From assembly GCA_963727625.1 (NCBI GenBank), contig CAVSHR010000004.1:352001-416000 (forward strand): DNA of 64,000 nt. Reading direction: 5' to 3'. This document shows positions 25,830-34,681 of this stretch, in pieces. How positions within the stretch are numbered: the stretch's first letter is position 1; each line of letters starts with the position of its first letter. A model generated the notes under the pieces. That model was not told the origin of the DNA. It searched no databases and saw only the letters and a program-made list of their open reading frames with translations. This DNA is from an uncultured delta proteobacterium (GTDB taxonomy: Bacteria; Desulfobacterota; Binatia; UBA9968). Both the position numbers and the translations under genes were made by a program.

Positions 25830-26104
25830 TGATAATCCTCGTAGTCTAAAATATAAGCGTGTCCGTCTCTGAACTCAAAAGTTAAACGCCAGTTTCCGTT
25901 CACCCACACCGACCAACGGCCACGCTCCGCTCCCTTCAGCGGATGCAGGCGAAACCCAGGAACGTTCATATCTTCAACAGACTGGGCCGTGTCCAGAGCG
26001 ACCAAAAGCATCCGAAGCCGCTTTCCGTGATGGGGTTGAATACCCGCTGCAATTCCGGATTCAAAGAACTTTCTCAGCCCCTTGTGCCGGAATGATTGAA
26101 TCAT
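25826..26104 (-). CDS. higB: HigB toxin
   Basis: MIQSFRHKGL, PGFRLHPLKG, WSVWVNGNWRLTFEF..DYH. Confidence 0.93.
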   Translation of the reverse strand: MIQSFRHKGLRKFFESGIAAGIQPHHGKRLRMLLVALDTAQSVEDMNVPGFRLHPLKGAERGRWSVWVNGNWRLTFEFRDGHAYILDYEDYH

Positions 26105-26110
26105 GCGCCA

Positions 26111-26140
26111 ATAATAGCTTGTTGCGCATCACGCAACAAG
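26111..26140 (-). promoter_or_regulatory. higBA promoter and operator
   Basis: TTGTTG-17-TATTAT; palindrome CTTGTTGCG-N5-CGCAACAAG. Confidence 0.65.
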
Positions 26141-26148
26141 ACCAAGTA

Positions 26149-26277
26149 GTATAACGCGAAGCTGAGCGGGAGGCGAGGAACGGCATAATATATAGACGCA
26201 GCAATTTGAACTTATAAGCTACCAGTCGTTCAAACGTTAAAAGCTTCTCGCCGATCCGTTCAAGCGAATGGTTATGC
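26149..26277 (-). other. attC site (129 bp)
   Basis: GTATAAC..GCTGAGCGG.AGGCGAG...CTCGCCGATCCGTTCAAGC..GTTATGC. Confidence 0.85.
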
Positions 26278-26754
26278 ATTAGCACCACCAGAGCACGCTT
26301 TCTTTACAAACGGTTGAAGTAGCAAAAGCAACAAGAGACCGCTAACTACACCGATAATAAAGGCTGGCCACATGCTTACATAAACTTCAACCGCCCCATC
26401 CGGAAGAGGTGGTATAGGGACGTCTCGGAACTGATAACTTAGAATCGCGAACTTCACGGTCTCGTATAACTCCAGTAGGAACAAGATAGAACAAACTGCC
26501 AGCGCCAATCTTCGTCCCCACGGCCTAAGTTTGAATAATCCGTAAGCAGACACGAAGGCAGCGGCGGGAAGAAAAACACTCCATCCCAAAGACAAAATAA
26601 CAAACCAGATGTAATCCAAATCCACATTAGAGCAATTTACGAGACATCGTAAGGCCAACCAAATTCCACGAGATCCGGCGAGGACCATCCACAAACCGTA
26701 AGCGCCCAAAATAACAGTGATAAACTGAACTACGTAAGATCTATTTTGGAGCAT
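26272..26754 (-). CDS. Hypothetical 4-TM membrane protein, first cassette of array 2
   Basis: Four hydrophobic helices; ATG overlaps the core site. Confidence 0.7.
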   Translation of the reverse strand: MLQNRSYVVQFITVILGAYGLWMVLAGSRGIWLALRCLVNCSNVDLDYIWFVILSLGWSVFLPAAAFVSAYGLFKLRPWGRRLALAVCSILFLLELYETVKFAILSYQFRDVPIPPLPDGAVEVYVSMWPAFIIGVVSGLLLLLLLQPFVKKACSGGANA

Positions 26755-26780
26755 AACTTGTGATTATACTGACCAGTGTA
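26751..26780 (-). other. attI site of integron 2
   Basis: Core GTTATGC matches the cassette inverse core GCATAAC; CTGACCAG at the same 11-nt offset as in attI-1. Confidence 0.72.
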
Positions 26781-26811
26781 ATAACTTTCTTGAAATCACT
26801 CACGACGGCCA

Positions 26812-26840
26812 ATTTCTACAAGCGTTCCAATACCTGTCAA
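26812..26840 (-). promoter_or_regulatory. Pc cassette promoter, integron 2
   Basis: TTGACA-16/17-TAGAAAT at essentially the same distance from the core as in integron 1. Confidence 0.6.
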
Positions 26841-26897
26841 CTGTTTTAAAAACGTCGGAAAACTCCATACACTGGTCAGTGTATGAATATTACACTG

Positions 26898-26964
26898 CTA
26901 GCGGTCGCCTCCGGTCAAGAAATCCGCCGGGCTCCGAACTCAGCACATGGGTGTAAATCATCGT
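26898..26964 (-). pseudogene. Relic of an intI 3' end
   Basis: TMIYTHVL then a frameshifting deletion then VRSPADFLTGGDR*; compare [20 protein letters not shown] in the intact IntI. Confidence 0.8.
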
Positions 26965-26986
26965 GGCACCTTCGGACCGAAGATTT

Positions 26987-27028
26987 ATTCCAAATGTTCC
27001 AGGTGTTCCAATCGTTCAACCCCGTTGA
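26987..27028 (+). repeat. 9-bp-period GTTC(C/A)A array
   Basis: ATTCCAAAT GTTCCAGGT GTTCCAATC GTTCAACCC. Confidence 0.6.
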
Positions 27029-27050
27029 TGATAACATCTAACTCGCACTA

Positions 27051-27791
27051 TTAACCCAAAATCCGCTTTGAGCTTCTCGAACCTATTTCCGGCATTTCGT
27101 CCCATGTTCTGCCGTCCAGCTTACGACCCGTAAGCTTCTTTCTCGTCCCGCCCCATTGTTTAAAGAAGAATGGAACCCCTTGAGCGATGCATCGGTCTCT
27201 AATCTTTCTGACCCACTGCGGATCAATAATACGCGCTCCAGGACCAGACTCACCACCGACAATTACCCACTGGATTCCTTGGAGTGGTAATCGAGGAATA
27301 GGTCCCAACAAAGGCTCAACTGAGAGAAACCGGACTGCTGCAGGCACTTTTCGCAAATGCTCAATGCGATAAGCATATTCCGCATTCTCAACGCTCACGC
27401 CCATCCAGATATTGTCATGCCAGGGAAGTTTTCTTGCGAGCTCGAAAACTCTTTCCGCGCGCTTCGTTAAAATCTGGAAGGTATGCCAAGGAGTTTTTCC
27501 CATCACGTCAAAAACCGATCGGATGAATTCAAACGGCACATCAGGATGAAACAAATCGCTCATGGAATTGACGAAAATCTTCCGTGGCTGATGCCAGCGC
27601 AGAGGCTGACCGAGAACATCCGGCTGTAAGGTTACAGCGAAATTATTCCGATACCTCACCTGCCCCATCGCATACAGCCTGCGCGCCATCCGATGCGCGT
27701 AACAGTTCTTGCACCCTGGGCTAATTTTCGTGCATCCGGTCACCGGGTTCCAGGTTGCGTCAGTCCATTCAATCGCCGAATCTTGGGCCAT
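27051..27791 (-). CDS. DUF5131 / phage Gp37-Gp68 family three-Cys protein
   Basis: [52 protein letters not shown]. Confidence 0.92.
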   Translation of the reverse strand: MAQDSAIEWTDATWNPVTGCTKISPGCKNCYAHRMARRLYAMGQVRYRNNFAVTLQPDVLGQPLRWHQPRKIFVNSMSDLFHPDVPFEFIRSVFDVMGKTPWHTFQILTKRAERVFELARKLPWHDNIWMGVSVENAEYAYRIEHLRKVPAAVRFLSVEPLLGPIPRLPLQGIQWVIVGGESGPGARIIDPQWVRKIRDRCIAQGVPFFFKQWGGTRKKLTGRKLDGRTWDEMPEIGSRSSKRILG

Positions 27792-27801
27792 ATATACCTC
27801 A

Positions 27802-28683
27802 CTAAAATTCGAAGCCTGTTTGCGGGTCTGAATATTTCTTTGTTTCGCTCCAAAACTTTGCACCTAGCTCACTTCTGCTGTAAAGAGCGAGCCTGTATAG
27901 GGGTAAATTTTTTTCGCCGCGAATCAATTTGGATTCGTTTATCCCAGGGTCGATGTATCTGAGTTTCTGCATTGAACGTCTAAATTCCTCAACTACGAAG
28001 CGCTCAAACGACTTACCAGACGGTTTCTCTTTATCCCAGCGAACACGCCAATCGGGGTTCCCAACAAAATTTTCCAACGTCTTATTAACATCCCGAACAT
28101 AGTGCTGCTCGTTGCGGTTTGCGTCCATTGCCGAGGGAATGAGCACCAAGAAATCCACAAATCTTTGTGACAAGCTCTCTATTGTTGAAAAATTTAAGTT
28201 CTGCATCTGAAATGGATCAAGGAAGCAAAAACCTAGCACTTTATGGTTTTTCCCTGGGCGTGGCATCTCAGCAATAATTCGCTCTACTAAAAGGTTGGCG
28301 TCCCCGGAAATAACCGATATTTTTCGATCAGGAAACTCTCGCTGGCACCGTTTTACGAGTGTGTCGGCATTAATTCTATCGCCTTCGCAAAAAATGTATT
28401 TATCAAATGCCTCGGGCATCCCAAGGATCAAAAGAGGAGACGCGTTCACAATTCGCTTTGTTCCCCGAATTCGAGACCGTCCTGAACCCGCAAACAAATC
28501 TAAGTAAATTATTTCATCCCATTTGGTGCGTATGGATTTTATAAAAAGCGACGCATAGAAAAGTACGTGGCGATATTTATCTTCACCCCAAGCGCCAATT
28601 TCTGGGGTTGGTAGCCCGTCCTCTTTCAGTGCTTTAAGAGGCTGTATATTCGCCATACAGGGATTTCCTACCAAACTGTACAT
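27802..28683 (-). CDS. tcmP: Three-Cys-motif partner protein (TcmP-like, methyltransferase fold)
   Basis: [27 protein letters not shown]; adjacent to DUF5131; start may be 28656. Confidence 0.85.
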   Translation of the reverse strand: MYSLVGNPCMANIQPLKALKEDGLPTPEIGAWGEDKYRHVLFYASLFIKSIRTKWDEIIYLDLFAGSGRSRIRGTKRIVNASPLLILGMPEAFDKYIFCEGDRINADTLVKRCQREFPDRKISVISGDANLLVERIIAEMPRPGKNHKVLGFCFLDPFQMQNLNFSTIESLSQRFVDFLVLIPSAMDANRNEQHYVRDVNKTLENFVGNPDWRVRWDKEKPSGKSFERFVVEEFRRSMQKLRYIDPGINESKLIRGEKNLPLYRLALYSRSELGAKFWSETKKYSDPQTGFEF

Positions 28684-28845
28684 ACATTACTGCGTCGTTT
28701 CGAAGCAATTAAAATGCACCTACAACGATAGCCGCTGCTTTGAGGTCGGTACCACAACGAATCCTGAAAAACTAGCCAAACATTAGATGGGCTTCCGCCC
28801 ACACTGCATCGAACCGTTCCAGGAGAGAAGTTTCGAAGTTTGACA

Positions 28846-28936
28846 GTTTCAATCGTTCCAACGGTTCGAATGGTTCAATCCGGTCGAATCTGTTTAAACG
28901 ACTGGAACGTTTTGAACGACTTGAACGATTGGAACT
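28846..28936. repeat. Inverted pair of 9-bp-period arrays just downstream of lexA
   Basis: GTTTCAATC GTTCCAACG GTTCGAATG GTTCAATCC ... TGGAACGTT TTGAACGAC TTGAACGAT TGGAAC. Confidence 0.75.
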
Positions 28937-28937
28937 C

Positions 28938-29546
28938 CTAGAATTTTCTCAATAACCCGACGACCTTCCCAGCGATGCGAAACTCTCCCTGTGAAACGGT
29001 AATCGGGGCGTATTTTTCATTTTCCGCTTTAAGCGTGACGACACCGTCTTTTTTAAAAAATCGCTTTAACGTCGCCTCGCCGTCGATCACGGCGCAGACG
29101 ATCTCGCCGTTTTCCGCCCCTGCCTGTTGCTTCACGATCACCCGGTCGCCGTCCATGATGCCGGCGCCGATCATGCTGTCGCCTTTGACTTGGAGCGCGA
29201 AAGTTTTCCCGCTGCTCATGTCGTCGGGGATGGTGATGACGCCTTCAATATTTTCTTCGCTGAGAAAGGGTTTACCGGCGGGCACCCGGCCCAAAACCGG
29301 CGCTTCCCGAGTAGCGGTTAGAGCCGCTTTCCCTAAGGCGTTGACGACTTCGATGGCGCGCTTGCCGACCCGGCGGATGTAGCCCTTCTTTTCCAAGGCT
29401 TTCAGATGGTCGGAGACACCGTTGGTCGAGGCGATCTTGAAGCGCCGGCCGATCTCGTGGATCGACGGCGCGAAGCCCTTTTCTCGGATAGTCTTCAGCA
29501 GAAAATCGTAGATCGCCTTTTGCCGGTCGGTGAGCGATGGAAGCAT
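28938..29546 (-). CDS. lexA: SOS repressor LexA
   Basis: LTDRQ..IYDF, PS..EI, HLKALEKKGYI, GRVPAG cleavage site, GDSM, EATLKR. Confidence 0.96.
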   Translation of the reverse strand: MLPSLTDRQKAIYDFLLKTIREKGFAPSIHEIGRRFKIASTNGVSDHLKALEKKGYIRRVGKRAIEVVNALGKAALTATREAPVLGRVPAGKPFLSEENIEGVITIPDDMSSGKTFALQVKGDSMIGAGIMDGDRVIVKQQAGAENGEIVCAVIDGEATLKRFFKKDGVVTLKAENEKYAPITVSQGEFRIAGKVVGLLRKF

Positions 29547-29557
29547 GAAAGCTTGTA

Positions 29558-29577
29558 TACTGAAAATATTTTCAGTA
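29558..29577. promoter_or_regulatory. LexA operator within the lexA promoter spacer
   Basis: Perfect palindrome TACTGAAAATATTTTCAGTA within TTGACT-17-TATACA. Confidence 0.85.
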
Positions 29578-29612
29578 GTCAAGACGTGGCGGAAAGCGCG
29601 CAGGAACGTGCT

Positions 29613-29722
29613 CGTTCAAGGGTTCGAGGTTCAAAAGCTCAAGGGCTTAAACCGTGCTTCTAACGCGGTTATCGGACAATCCCAGTCCGGCCCTGAACCT
29701 TGAACAATTGAACTTTTGAACG
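29613..29722. repeat. Inverted pair of 7-8-bp-period GTTCAA/TTGAAC arrays
   Basis: GTTCAAGG GTTCGAG GTTCAAAA GCTCAAGG ... CTGAACC TTGAACAA TTGAACTT TTGAACG. Confidence 0.7.
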
Positions 29723-29741
29723 GTGTAACGCGCGAAGTGCA

Positions 29742-31334
29742 TTACACTTTTTTTCGTTGATGCGAGAGATAGTCGACGAGCAGATATTCGCCGAGGCGAT
29801 CGGGGCGGGTGTAAAAGGCGCGTCCCTTGTTGATGCGGGTGAGGTCGTCGACGAAGCCGCGCAGCACCGGGCTGTCGTCGAGCATGAAGGTGTTGATGGT
29901 GATGCCCTTGCGCGTGATCCGTTCGACTTCCTTCAAAGTTTCTTCGGCGGCGCGCTGGCTGATTCCACCAAAGCTCAGCGGCCATTCGCAGTAAAGCCTG
30001 CCCTGCCGGCAGTAGGCGGTCGGCTGGCCGTCGGTGATGACGATCATCTGCTGGTTGGCGCTGGGCTTGCGGCCGAGCATTTCAGTGGCCAGGTGCAGGC
30101 CGTCCTGCAAATTGGTGAATGGATCGCCCATGTTCCAGGTGGCCTGGGGTAAATCTTTCGCTTTGAGCTCGACGGCGCGAGTGAAGAAACCGACGATGCC
30201 GAAATAATCGCGCGGGTGGAGCGAGCGTACCAGACTTTCCATCGCCAGCGCGACTTTTTTCGCCGCGGCAAAGCGCCCTTCCCAGCTCATCGACCAGCTC
30301 ATATCCAAAAGCAGCACGGTGGCCGCGCGGGTGTTGAACTCCGACTCGTAAACCGCGAAATCCTTCGGTCCGATCCGCACCGGCACTCCGCCGCCGTGCA
30401 GCAGCGCGTTCTTGAGCGTCTGAATCATGTTGATGTGCAGCGGCTCGCCCTGGACATAGGGCCGGCTGGTCTCGATGAGCAACTCCTGGGTGCCGCGGTT
30501 GCGTGTAGCATGGCGCCCCATGCCGTCGCGGCGCAGCTGCTGGTAAATATCCCGCAGCGCCAGCTGGCCGACCCGCCGCACTCCCTTGGGGGTCAGCTCA
30601 AAGCGCTCGCCCTGCTCGAGCACGTAGCCGCCTTCTTCGAGCAGCGATTGCATGCGCATAACGCCTTCGAAATCCTGCTTGGGATCCCCGCCCAAGAGCT
30701 TCTCCAACAACTCTTGATCGACGTCCTTGAGCTGCATGCTGGAGAGCTGGGACTCGAGTTTGCGCAGGTCTTCCATGCGCTCCATCAACTCTTGCGATTG
30801 TTGGAACTGCATCGGCGTCTGGCCGCGGAACAAGCTGCCTTCGCGCCGCAGCCAGTTTTCCAGCTTGCGGATCTGCTCCAACTGCATCACTAGCTGTTGA
30901 AATTCCTTTGCCGCGTCGGTGTTTTCGAAAGAATAAGAGGTCAGCTTATCGATCGCTTCGCTGCTCTTGCCCGGCAGATCGTTGAGGAACTGCTTTTTGT
31001 CTTGAACGTCGTTGCCCGCTTGATCCATCTGTTCGAGCGTATCGCGCTCCTGGTCGACGATCGAGTCGAGCTGATCCTGGATTTCATCCATCGCCGACTG
31101 CAAGCGGTATTCGTCGTAGAGCTTGCGCATCTCGCGGGCAACTTGCGACAGCAGATCCTCGAGGCCCTTGGTCTGTTTTTCGCCCTGCTTGATGCCTTTT
31201 TGCATCAGCCGGCGCATGGCCTGCTGCAAGTCCCCGGTCTCGTTCATAAAGTCGTTTAGCTGATCGAACACGGAGTCCGAATCGAGCGAATCGCGCGCGT
31301 TACCGCTCCAGCGACTATAACGATAATGAACCAT
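29742..31334 (-). CDS. VWA domain-containing protein
   Basis: MIDAS motif DMSWS, TNLQDGL, ITDG. Confidence 0.9.
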   Translation of the reverse strand: MVHYRYSRWSGNARDSLDSDSVFDQLNDFMNETGDLQQAMRRLMQKGIKQGEKQTKGLEDLLSQVAREMRKLYDEYRLQSAMDEIQDQLDSIVDQERDTLEQMDQAGNDVQDKKQFLNDLPGKSSEAIDKLTSYSFENTDAAKEFQQLVMQLEQIRKLENWLRREGSLFRGQTPMQFQQSQELMERMEDLRKLESQLSSMQLKDVDQELLEKLLGGDPKQDFEGVMRMQSLLEEGGYVLEQGERFELTPKGVRRVGQLALRDIYQQLRRDGMGRHATRNRGTQELLIETSRPYVQGEPLHINMIQTLKNALLHGGGVPVRIGPKDFAVYESEFNTRAATVLLLDMSWSMSWEGRFAAAKKVALAMESLVRSLHPRDYFGIVGFFTRAVELKAKDLPQATWNMGDPFTNLQDGLHLATEMLGRKPSANQQMIVITDGQPTAYCRQGRLYCEWPLSFGGISQRAAEETLKEVERITRKGITINTFMLDDSPVLRGFVDDLTRINKGRAFYTRPDRLGEYLLVDYLSHQRKKV

Positions 31335-31378
31335 GAACGATGCGACGGATAAAGAATTGAGTTAGCGACAAAGGATGC

Positions 31379-32776
31379 CTACTTGCCGTAGGTGACCCGC
31401 CCGCCCTCGATCTCCTTGTTGAGCTTCTGATGGAGATGGAGCCCTTCGAGAACGAACTCCGTCGCCGAGGCCATCAGGGTCGGCGATTCCTGGATTCCCA
31501 GCGACTTGATCGCTTCCTTGAGACCGGAAATTTCCTTGATGCCTTCCAGATAGTCCTGCGCGCTCATCTGGTCGGAGACTTCCACGCCCCAGCCGGAATT
31601 AAAGTACTCGACGACCTTTTGGAGCGAATTGAGATTGAAATATTGATCGAAAACTTTGATGATGGAGCGATTGATCAGCTTTTCCACCAACTCGTCGTCT
31701 TTTTTATCTTCGCCGACGTACTCCATTTCGATCTTACCGGCGGTCGACGGCATCAACGAGTGCAGGTCGCTCACCCGCGGCACGATGTCATTTTCCTTGC
31801 AGCGCAAAGCGCGTTTTTCTGCGTTGCTGATGATGCTTTCGTAGTTGTTGATGGTCACGCGCACGCTGACTCCGGAGGATTGGTTGATTTCGTTCGATTT
31901 GCGCGCCTCGAAGGTCAGATGGCCGAGAATCTCTTTCATGAACTGCGGCACTTCGACTTTGTGGCTGCGGTTATGGGTCTCCGCCGCTTCCTGCTCCATG
32001 ATGCGGATTTCGTCCTCGATCTTTTTCGGGTAGTGGGTGCGAATCTGCATGTCGAAGCGGTCTTTAAGCGGCGTGATAATTCGGCCGCGACTGGTGTAAT
32101 CCTCCGGATTGGCGCTGGCGACAATGACCACGTCCAGCGGCAAACGGATTTTGTAGCCCTTGATTTGAACGTCTTTCTCTTCCATCAAGTTGAATAGACC
32201 GACCTGTACCTTTTCGGTCAAATCGGGCAACTCATTGATGGCAAAGATGCCGCGGTTGGTGCGTGGCACCAGCCCGTAGTGAATGGTTTCTTCGTCGGCG
32301 AGATAACGCCCTTCGGCGACTTTGATGGGGTCGATCTCGCCGACCAGATCGGCAATCGACACATCCGGGGTCGCCAGCTTTTCACCGTACCGGCTGTCGC
32401 GATCGATCCACTGAAGCGGCAATGCATCGCCCAGCTCCGCCGCCTTCTTGCGGCAGGCGCGGCAGATCGGCTGAAGCGGGTTGTCGTTGATCTCGCAGCC
32501 GTCGACGATGGGAATGCGTTCGTCAAGCAGGCTGGTCAAGCCGCGAATGATGCGCGATTTCCCCTGGCCGCGCTCGCCGAGGAAAACCATGTGGTGGCCC
32601 GAGAGAATGGCATTTTCGATTTCCGGTATGACGGTATCATCGTAGCCGAGGATACCGGGTAAAATGCGCTCCCCTTTTTCCAGAAGATGGACCAGATTTT
32701 TGCGCATCTCATCCCGCACCGATAAAACCGCATGGCCGCTTTTTTTGAGTTCCCCGAGTGTTTTTGCCTCGCTCAC
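31379..32776 (-). CDS. AAA+ ATPase (Mg-chelatase subunit I-like), partner of the VWA protein
   Basis: GERGQGKS Walker A, FAINELPDL, ANPEDYT.RG. Confidence 0.88.
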   Translation of the reverse strand: MSEAKTLGELKKSGHAVLSVRDEMRKNLVHLLEKGERILPGILGYDDTVIPEIENAILSGHHMVFLGERGQGKSRIIRGLTSLLDERIPIVDGCEINDNPLQPICRACRKKAAELGDALPLQWIDRDSRYGEKLATPDVSIADLVGEIDPIKVAEGRYLADEETIHYGLVPRTNRGIFAINELPDLTEKVQVGLFNLMEEKDVQIKGYKIRLPLDVVIVASANPEDYTSRGRIITPLKDRFDMQIRTHYPKKIEDEIRIMEQEAAETHNRSHKVEVPQFMKEILGHLTFEARKSNEINQSSGVSVRVTINNYESIISNAEKRALRCKENDIVPRVSDLHSLMPSTAGKIEMEYVGEDKKDDELVEKLINRSIIKVFDQYFNLNSLQKVVEYFNSGWGVEVSDQMSAQDYLEGIKEISGLKEAIKSLGIQESPTLMASATEFVLEGLHLHQKLNKEIEGGRVTYGK

Positions 32777-32883
32777 TGGCTATGGCCTCCTCTTTAGAAA
32801 ATTTGCGAGCCGTCGCTACCAACCCGCCCCTTGCCCAGGATATCTTGAGTTTAGAAGAGTAACATGTTTTTTCGTTCAGCGCA

Positions 32884-33378
32884 TTATGCGTATAGTTTTT
32901 GGAAGTGGGGCTGTAACCGATCGTAGCTGTCAAGCAGATGCTGCGGCATCACGCGGGTCTCAGCGATCACCGGCATGAAGTTGGTGTCGCCTTCCCAACG
33001 CGGCACGATATGCCAATGGAGATGGTCTTCAATCCCCGCGCCGGCGCACTTGCCTAAATTCATACCGATATTGACGCCGGCCGGATTGAAAACTTCGCGA
33101 ACGACTTGAATGGAGCGGCGCAGCGTTTCGTTGAGATCGAGATATTGTTCCACCGACAGGTTGGCAAGATTATTTTCGTGACGCTTGGGAGCAATCAACA
33201 AATGGCCGTTGTTGTAGGGATATTTGTTGAGCATCACAACCGTATGGCTCGTTTGGGTCATGACCAGCGCGTCCCTGAGGTCCTGGCTTTGGAACTTCGT
33301 GCAAAAAATGCAGCGTTCTTCCTTGGAGCCATCCTCGATATACGCCATGCGCCAAGGGGCCCAGAGCTGCCTCATCAA
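32884..33378 (-). CDS. HIT family hydrolase
   Basis: LWAPWRMAYI, CIFC, HLHWHIVPR. Confidence 0.92.
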   Translation of the reverse strand: MMRQLWAPWRMAYIEDGSKEERCIFCTKFQSQDLRDALVMTQTSHTVVMLNKYPYNNGHLLIAPKRHENNLANLSVEQYLDLNETLRRSIQVVREVFNPAGVNIGMNLGKCAGAGIEDHLHWHIVPRWEGDTNFMPVIAETRVMPQHLLDSYDRLQPHFQKLYA

Positions 33379-33686
33379 TCCTCTCCGCTATCGGTAGGAT
33401 CGAAGGGTTTGCCGTCCACGCGCAAGCGTAACTCTTTGCCGACTTTGAAGAACGGCACCTTCTTGGCCGCCACCGACACCAAGGCGCCGCTCTTGGGGTT
33501 ACGGCCTTGTCGCGCTCGGCGGTGCTTCACGACGAAACTTCCGAAGCCGCGGATTTCAATCCGATCTCCCGTCGCCAGCGCCTCCACCATGGAGTCGAAT
33601 ATGGCGTTGATGATCACTTCCGAATCTCGCCGCGAAAGATGAGGAAAGCGCTTGTTGACCTCATCGATCAAGTCCCGTTTTGTCAT
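33375..33686 (-). CDS. ihfB: Integration host factor beta
   Basis: RIEIRGFGSF, GRNPKSG, VPFFKVGKELR; follows rpsA-sppA. Confidence 0.9.
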   Translation of the reverse strand: MTKRDLIDEVNKRFPHLSRRDSEVIINAIFDSMVEALATGDRIEIRGFGSFVVKHRRARQGRNPKSGALVSVAAKKVPFFKVGKELRLRVDGKPFDPTDSGED

Positions 33687-33751
33687 AGCTTCACCCTCGC
33701 AACACAAAAAATATTTTAAATTCTTAAGGAAACAAACGGCGGCGCCGTGGA

Positions 33752-34651
33752 CTACTGGAGCAACGACGGCGACCACTCATAGCGCAGCCAGCCGCGCTGC
33801 CGCCCGGGTAGCCGGAGGCCGAAGATACCCATGAACATACGCTCCCACCAGCGTTCCTGTTCGGGGCGCGAGTAATACACTGCGGGCTCCCCCTCGAGGC
33901 CGGCGCGCTTGGCGGCAAGCTCGATGGCGTCCTGCAAACTCCCGAATTGATCGATCAACCCCAATTGTTTGGCCTGCGCGCCGGAGTAGATTCGTCCATC
34001 GGCGAGCTTTCGCACCTGACTCTCCTCCATACCACGCCCCTGGGCTACGGCCGCGACGAACTGACTGTGAACGTTGTCGACCAGCGACTGAAGGATCTCT
34101 CGTCCTTCGGCGGATAGCGGCTGAAAAGGGGAGCCGATGTCTTTGTTGGCGCCGCTCTTGATGTTGATCCCCTTGACGCCGATTTTTTTCATCAGCTCTT
34201 CAAAATTGCTGAGCTGCATGATCACGCCAATGGACCCGGTCAGCGTCCCCGGGTTGGCGACGATCTTGTCGCAGGCCGCGGCGATATAGTAACCGCCCGA
34301 AGCGGCCATGCCGCCCATCGAGGCGATGAACGGCTTACGCTTTTTAGAACGAATAATTTCTTCGAAGATTTCCTGGGTGGGCGCCACGGCGCCACCGGGA
34401 GAATCGATGCGCACCACGATCGCTTTCACCCACGGCATTTCTTTGAGCCGCTTTAGCTCCGCAAGCACGCTCTGCGAGTCGTCAATGGTGCCTTCGACCT
34501 GCAATACTCCGACACCGTCGCCGGAGAACAACGCCAGTGTTTTGGCGTCGCCACCGGTGATATAGGCATAGAAAAAGACGCCGGTGAAAACCACTAAGAT
34601 CATCACGAACAATACGCCCAGGCCGCGCAATATGGAAAATTTTCCAGCCAT
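33752..34651 (-). CDS. sppA: Signal peptide peptidase SppA
   Basis: RIDSPGG, AASGGYY, TGSIGVI. Confidence 0.93.
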   Translation of the reverse strand: MAGKFSILRGLGVLFVMILVVFTGVFFYAYITGGDAKTLALFSGDGVGVLQVEGTIDDSQSVLAELKRLKEMPWVKAIVVRIDSPGGAVAPTQEIFEEIIRSKKRKPFIASMGGMAASGGYYIAAACDKIVANPGTLTGSIGVIMQLSNFEELMKKIGVKGINIKSGANKDIGSPFQPLSAEGREILQSLVDNVHSQFVAAVAQGRGMEESQVRKLADGRIYSGAQAKQLGLIDQFGSLQDAIELAAKRAGLEGEPAVYYSRPEQERWWERMFMGIFGLRLPGRQRGWLRYEWSPSLLQ

Positions 34652-34681
34652 AAAATCATCAGGAAAAACTAGCGATCGAGA

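Noticed and set aside
27051-27791. Prophage (Gp37/Gp68 label)
   Set aside because: No structural, packaging or phage replication genes nearby
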